Below the pieces are notes generated by a model, which worked only from the letters and a program-made list of their open reading frames with translations, searched no databases and was not told the DNA's origin. 20,000 bases of DNA from an uncultured virus (IMG/VR IMGVR_UViG_3300027782_003691) (taxonomy: Duplodnaviria > Heunggongvirae > Uroviricota > Caudoviricetes): the IMG/VR virus record IMGVR_UViG_3300027782_003691. One strand, given 5' to 3'. This document shows, piece by piece, positions 15,684 through 20,000 of the stretch (positions within the stretch are counted from its first letter, which is position 1; each line of letters begins with the position of its first letter). A program made the position numbers and the translations under genes.

Positions 15684-16214
15684 TTTAACCCCCAAATACT
15701 TAATAGCGTATTCTCGGGCTTTTTGTTTATTTTCGGGGGTGTATACTTTATCAAGAGCGTCCCACCCACGTAGTATAATCCACTCTTCTTTTTGCTCGTC
15801 CCACTCCATATGGGTACTGACTCTTACCAAGTCTACACTCTCTGCAGGAAATTTATTGTGCCGTGTGGCATTAAATCCATATCCAATATCAGGGGGATTT
15901 TTGTGTCGCCCTGTTGCATCTATGTACTCCCCTGTTCGAGAATCCATTACATAAGCGTGAGTCAACGCCCAATGTCGATCATCGGTTTTTATACTTTGTT
16001 GCATATGTGGATCTAATGCTGCAAATTCGTCAGGATCTAAGTATATGTCTGGCATCTCATCAAAGAATTCGTAAATAAATCCCAATTGATACCTCCAGAA
16101 ATCAATGTTATGTATCGTGAGGGCTAATACAGCACATTGCCCTTGCATAAACTGTGCTTGGGTTAATTGTCGACTGATATCTTCTGTTTCTGTAATAATT
16201 TCGTGTATATGCAT
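15660..16214 (-). CDS. Hypothetical protein with putative Cys-His-Asp triad; possible head-packaged protein
   Basis: GQCAVLA...THAYV...YIDATG; N-terminus MHIHEIITE. Confidence 0.65.
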   Translation of the reverse strand: MHIHEIITETEDISRQLTQAQFMQGQCAVLALTIHNIDFWRYQLGFIYEFFDEMPDIYLDPDEFAALDPHMQQSIKTDDRHWALTHAYVMDSRTGEYIDATGRHKNPPDIGYGFNATRHNKFPAESVDLVRVSTHMEWDEQKEEWIILRGWDALDKVYTPENKQKAREYAIKYLGVKDPALGTV

Positions 16215-16244
16215 AGGTTATTTGTCGCCGTAACGTCTGTCTAT

Positions 16245-16334
16245 TCAGGTAGGTGCGTATGGATTACGCTTGTAATCACTGTCGTCACCTTCCTGTTGTT
16301 CGGGATATACTGGATACTCGTTATCAAACTGCAT
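16245..16334 (-). CDS. Small 29-aa peptide MQFDNEYPVYPEQQEGDDSDYKRNPYAPT
   Basis: Not in the ORF track. SD GAGG about 8 nt upstream; overlaps the end of the 1121-aa gene and fills the intergenic gap. Confidence 0.55.
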   Translation of the reverse strand: MQFDNEYPVYPEQQEGDDSDYKRNPYAPT

Positions 16335-19300
16335 TAGCTTTACCTCTAGGTTTCCAATTGTAATCTACATTAATCACTGATATATTTTTATCAGCATAAT
16401 ATTTATTTACATCAAACTTGGGATCTGTAATCTTCATACGTGTTTTGGTACCATCATCAAAATATACACGCCAAACAAAATATTGTCCCGGCTTTAGGTC
16501 GGGAATATTGTCGTCGGGTGTAGGCGGCGGCGGAGCAGGAGGTGCAGCAGGCGCAGCGGCTGGTGCTGCTGCGTTGGGATCTACAGCTTCTTTAACTTTT
16601 TTTTTTACTTCTGCTAATAGCATATTGTATTCGTACTTGGCAGATTCATATACTGCTGGATTGCCAATAACGTTATACCCAGATGCCATGGCCCAGGCTA
16701 AAAAGTTAGTTGATTCTGAAAAATCAAAAGAACCTTTGTGCTTCATTTTACGGAAGTCACCTTTCTTAACATCCAGAGCTTTATTTGTATGAGCCCCTGT
16801 TCCTGGACCAGCTGTCTGAGCACCCTTGGCCACAAGGTTTCTTGCTTGTGCGCTTACCAATGCATTACGGTTAGGATTTCCTTTAAGTGGATCCGCCGTC
16901 TTCATGGTCAAATCTTCAGGTTTCTTTAAATTGGTCAGTGTATCAGAACGAACTGTCATGTTGCCGGCGATACCTTCTTCCATGGAGCCAAAACCTTGTC
17001 CTGGTCGTGGCGCACCTTTTTGTGTACCTTTATAGTATCCACCAAACTTGGCACCTGTTGCGTCATTGGCTGCACGTTTCATACTCTTGGGCTTGGAGTT
17101 ATTCTTTGACTCAGTTTGTGGTGGGTAATTTTGGGGATTTAATTGTCGCATTTGGCGTTCGTATTCTTTGGGATCTGTTTGGCTGAGGTTTTGGAGGTAC
17201 ATATAGCGTTCGTATCCTTTGGGATCTGTTCGGCGGTAGTATTCGAGTTTCGACTCAGGTGGTGCTTTTTTCCTAGGTGCAGGCTCTTCGTACCCCGGCG
17301 CAGGCATCGCTTGCCCCATTTCAGGGCTAGGCTGTGCCTTTACTGGTGGCGCAGGTTGTGCTTGCTGTGGGGCAGGGCTAGGGCGTACTGGTGCGGGTTG
17401 TGCCGGCTGTGGAGCAGGTGCCGGCCGTGCCGGCGCAGGCTTAGGACGTACTGGTGCAGGTTGTACTTTTTCAGTACCGTCCGGATTATAGTGTTGATTA
17501 AAATAGTCCTCAGCGCCACTTTTTGGTGCCATGACACCGCCTTCGCGTCTACGTCTTTCAGCTTCGTCTGAACTGATTGTTGTAGTAACTGGTCCAGTTT
17601 GTTGCGCAGGTTCTTCAGGTGCAGTTGTTTTTGGTTGTGCTGGTTGTTGACGCGGCACGGGTTGAGCTGGCATTGGTTTAGCTGTCTCCGGCGGCTTAAT
17701 GTCAGGTTGTCGTTTTGCTTCGGCATCTGTACCAGGACCCCATAGTCCGTCTGCAACGAGTGCTGGATTCTTCTTTCTTAATTCTTGTTGCCAATCATAA
17801 ACCTGCGGATCAGCACCTGGTGCCAACCCTGGGCGTGATTTTTGTGGTGCAGGAGCAGCACTCTGTGGTGCCGGAGCAGCACTCTGTGGTGCCGGAGCAG
17901 CACTCTGTGGTGCCGGAGCAGCACTCTGTGGCGCAGGAGTTGGTACGCTAGGAGGAGCAGCATATTGTGAATTATTTGGTGCTAATGGATTAGTAGTATC
18001 TACTGGGCTACTGGGCATATTAGGAACAGCATATTGTGAATTATTTTTTGCTAATGGATCAGAAGTGTCAGTTGGTGCCTTTTTCCCAGGTGCAGGTTGT
18101 TCGTACCCCGGCGCAGAAGTAGTACCACCCAGTTGAGGGCCGAACTTCTGCTGCCATTGCTGCGTCCTCTGGTTGAACTGATCTTTAGTTTCTACGTCAG
18201 GCAAATAGGCCGGAGGATTATCTCTAAAGGTTTGATCTATTTTCGGCTCGGGCGGTGCAGCCTTTTTCTTCGGGACTATTGTAGTGTTATCAGGGCCATA
18301 TTCGTAATCGCTGAAATTAAATGGAGTTTTGCTGGCAGGAGCCGGACCTTTTTGATATTGCATTTCAGGGGGATTAGCTGGCGCAGGACCTTTTTGATAT
18401 TGCATTGCAGGTGGCGGGGTGCCTTGGATCGACCATGTCGGCCGGCGCTGTTGACTTCTATATCCACTAAATGCTCCGCCGCCAGTGTCGGATCCAACAA
18501 ATCCATTAGCAGTATAATTGTTTGATTCTCCTGCTTCCGAAATTCTTTTTCCAGATGTGGATTTCATCCATTTACCTAATTCTTTGGATAATCCTTCCTG
18601 AATATTTCCCTGTTGGATCATTTGTTTGATTGCATCTACGGCAGCTTGTCGTCCTTGCTCTTGATTGTTAGGATATTTTTTAAGCATAGCCTGTATAGTT
18701 TCTCGCCATTTGGGATGACCATATATTTGAGAAGGTTTGATTTCTCCAGGTGCAAACTCCTGGGGCTTCATTTGTCCAGATTGGAATGCCTGCATCATAG
18801 TCTGTGTATCTCTAGCTGCTTGATCAGCTATGCTATCTTCTTTAACTTTTTTTTTATTCTTGTTATCCAGCATACCACGTTTGTTGGCTGTGGCCCAAGC
18901 AATGCTTTCGGCATCTTTCTTTGACTTGCCGGCCTTTTCCTCGCTCTTTTCAACATACCCAACAAAACGATCTACCTTTTTGCCTTCCGACACACCTTTC
19001 TCTTTTGGTTTAGCAGACTGATGACGCTTGACTTCCTTGCGACACTTGGTGCAATGTAGCACCCCATCCATGTCGTCGTGCTGACTAGTTTCTTGATAAG
19101 TGCCTTTTTTACAAGCAGTACATTTCTTACCCGTCATATCAACTGTCCCACTGTCGCTTTCCGACATTATGGGTGTTAAGAAATGACTTGCAGGATCAAC
19201 TTCCGTAGTATCGTCAACCATACCAGAAACATTTTTCCAATTAGGAACACGTATAGTGGCTGCTGTTCCATCTACCTCAATAACCTCGGCCGAATGCCCT

Positions 19301-19689
19301 TTAAACAGTACATGATCACCAACATCAAATACACCAGCACCTTCTGATTCAGATGCATCGCCTTCTCCAAAACTATGTCTTTTAAATTTGGTGATAAGAG
19401 CGTGTGCTTGACGACGATTAACCAACTGTGAGCCCAGCTTTTCATCTAACTCCATGCCATCTTCGCCATGCCAATAGTCGCTTAATTTATGTGACAATCT
19501 TTCAACTTGACTGGGGTCTACAATATCCTGTAAGAAACTTGCTGCTTTACGTATAACTTCATTATGGTCACCGGAATCACTATTGAAAGGTGCGTATTCA
19601 CTGTTAGTCCATCTGTCGAATAGATCTCTGATAGTACGTGCCTTATTTCTTCTCGAACGGTCATTTTCAAACAGGTTAAACAAATTCAT
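16324..19689 (-). CDS. Large modular low-complexity protein, probably virion/head-associated (KOW-like, Zn ribbon, peptidoglycan-binding and Pro/Ala/Gln repeat modules)
   Basis: 1121-aa ORF with SD GAGG. Contains FDVGDHV..G...EV (KOW/SH3-like), CTAC-x19-CTKC, and WQQEL...LVADGLWGPGT (PG-binding-1-like). Confidence 0.8.
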   Translation of the reverse strand: MNLFNLFENDRSRRNKARTIRDLFDRWTNSEYAPFNSDSGDHNEVIRKAASFLQDIVDPSQVERLSHKLSDYWHGEDGMELDEKLGSQLVNRRQAHALITKFKRHSFGEGDASESEGAGVFDVGDHVLFKGHSAEVIEVDGTAATIRVPNWKNVSGMVDDTTEVDPASHFLTPIMSESDSGTVDMTGKKCTACKKGTYQETSQHDDMDGVLHCTKCRKEVKRHQSAKPKEKGVSEGKKVDRFVGYVEKSEEKAGKSKKDAESIAWATANKRGMLDNKNKKKVKEDSIADQAARDTQTMMQAFQSGQMKPQEFAPGEIKPSQIYGHPKWRETIQAMLKKYPNNQEQGRQAAVDAIKQMIQQGNIQEGLSKELGKWMKSTSGKRISEAGESNNYTANGFVGSDTGGGAFSGYRSQQRRPTWSIQGTPPPAMQYQKGPAPANPPEMQYQKGPAPASKTPFNFSDYEYGPDNTTIVPKKKAAPPEPKIDQTFRDNPPAYLPDVETKDQFNQRTQQWQQKFGPQLGGTTSAPGYEQPAPGKKAPTDTSDPLAKNNSQYAVPNMPSSPVDTTNPLAPNNSQYAAPPSVPTPAPQSAAPAPQSAAPAPQSAAPAPQSAAPAPQKSRPGLAPGADPQVYDWQQELRKKNPALVADGLWGPGTDAEAKRQPDIKPPETAKPMPAQPVPRQQPAQPKTTAPEEPAQQTGPVTTTISSDEAERRRREGGVMAPKSGAEDYFNQHYNPDGTEKVQPAPVRPKPAPARPAPAPQPAQPAPVRPSPAPQQAQPAPPVKAQPSPEMGQAMPAPGYEEPAPRKKAPPESKLEYYRRTDPKGYERYMYLQNLSQTDPKEYERQMRQLNPQNYPPQTESKNNSKPKSMKRAANDATGAKFGGYYKGTQKGAPRPGQGFGSMEEGIAGNMTVRSDTLTNLKKPEDLTMKTADPLKGNPNRNALVSAQARNLVAKGAQTAGPGTGAHTNKALDVKKGDFRKMKHKGSFDFSESTNFLAWAMASGYNVIGNPAVYESAKYEYNMLLAEVKKKVKEAVDPNAAAPAAAPAAPPAPPPPTPDDNIPDLKPGQYFVWRVYFDDGTKTRMKITDPKFDVNKYYADKNISVINVDYNWKPRGKANAV
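17843..17939. repeat. 21-bp tandem repeat, about 4.6 copies (TGTGGTGCCGGAGCAGCACTC), encoding (APAPQSA)n
   Basis: Near-perfect in-frame direct repeats read from the sequence. Confidence 0.95.
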
Positions 19690-20000
19690 TATGCTTCCTC
19701 AATATAATCATCAGTGCCACCGCTTTCGTGTTTGGCTCTACGGTGTGCCATATACATTTCCAATGCTATTTGGCATTCATCCAGGGTCTTAAATCGAGAC
19801 CGCATTTCTTTACCAGCACATTTAATACAGAACCCATCGCGCTCATCGCCATGTATTTCCACTAGCGTACTACCACCACCGCCACTCAGTCCAACTTCTT
19901 CACCTACCGGAATATGTATAGTCTTAACAGGTGCAGTTTCACGGCTTTCACGTGCATATGTGGGGTTTGATCCGCCGCCCGATGCTGATGAATGTGGACC
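19689..20000 (-). CDS. Hypothetical phage protein, C-terminal 103 aa (gene starts beyond the window)
   Basis: Open frame from the edge: ...PVKTIHIP...EIHGDERDGFCIK...RFKTLDECQIALEMY...DDYIEEA*. TAATG overlap with the next gene. Confidence 0.75.
   Translation of the reverse strand, partial: GPHSSASGGGSNPTYARESRETAPVKTIHIPVGEEVGLSGGGGSTLVEIHGDERDGFCIKCAGKEMRSRFKTLDECQIALEMYMAHRRAKHESGGTDDYIEEA

Noticed and set aside
16730..16880. ArfA-like ribosome-rescue peptide within the 1121-aa protein (KKGDFRKMKHK)
   Set aside because: The resemblance is limited to a short basic stretch, which is insufficient without a profile search.
17843..17939. Tandem repeats as a CRISPR array
   Set aside because: There are no spacers. 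The unit is 21 bp, in frame, and encodes APAPQSA inside a CDS; no cas genes are present.
609..19792. Numerous short plus-strand and alternative-frame ORFs in the ORF track
   Set aside because: They are shadows of well-supported minus-strand genes with no recognisable motifs. Only 3993..5072 is accepted on the plus strand.
1..20000. Stop-codon reassignment
   Set aside because: All recognisable genes are intact in code 11, and TAA, TGA and TAG all terminate genes at sensible positions.

Overview
Segment of a large, distantly T4-like dsDNA phage genome, almost entirely coded on the minus strand, with tightly packed genes in the standard genetic code. In transcription order (right to left) it starts with putative virion/head-packaged proteins, including a 1121-aa modular Pro/Ala-rich protein. 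A GC-rich multi-hairpin intergenic element follows. The replication block comes next: DsbA-like protein, family B DNA polymerase, methyltransferase-like protein and sliding clamp. It runs directly into a large nucleobase-modification cluster: TGT/DpdA-like transglycosylase, Gfo/Idh/MocA and Zn-dependent dehydrogenases, a divergent QueD-like T-fold protein, GT-B glycosyltransferase, SGNH-like protein, an inverted AMP-ligase, FolE, a CDGSH Fe-S miniprotein, a second QueD-like enzyme, MazG and a GT2 glycosyltransferase. The main hypothesis is a replication-coupled 7-deazaguanine (or pterin-derived) DNA hypermodification system with sugar/acyl decoration. In support, the transglycosylase shares a C-terminal putative clamp-binding motif with the polymerase. 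Two candidate structured RNAs and two small ORFs missed by the ORF track are also reported. All product calls come from motif recognition by eye; no database search was run.
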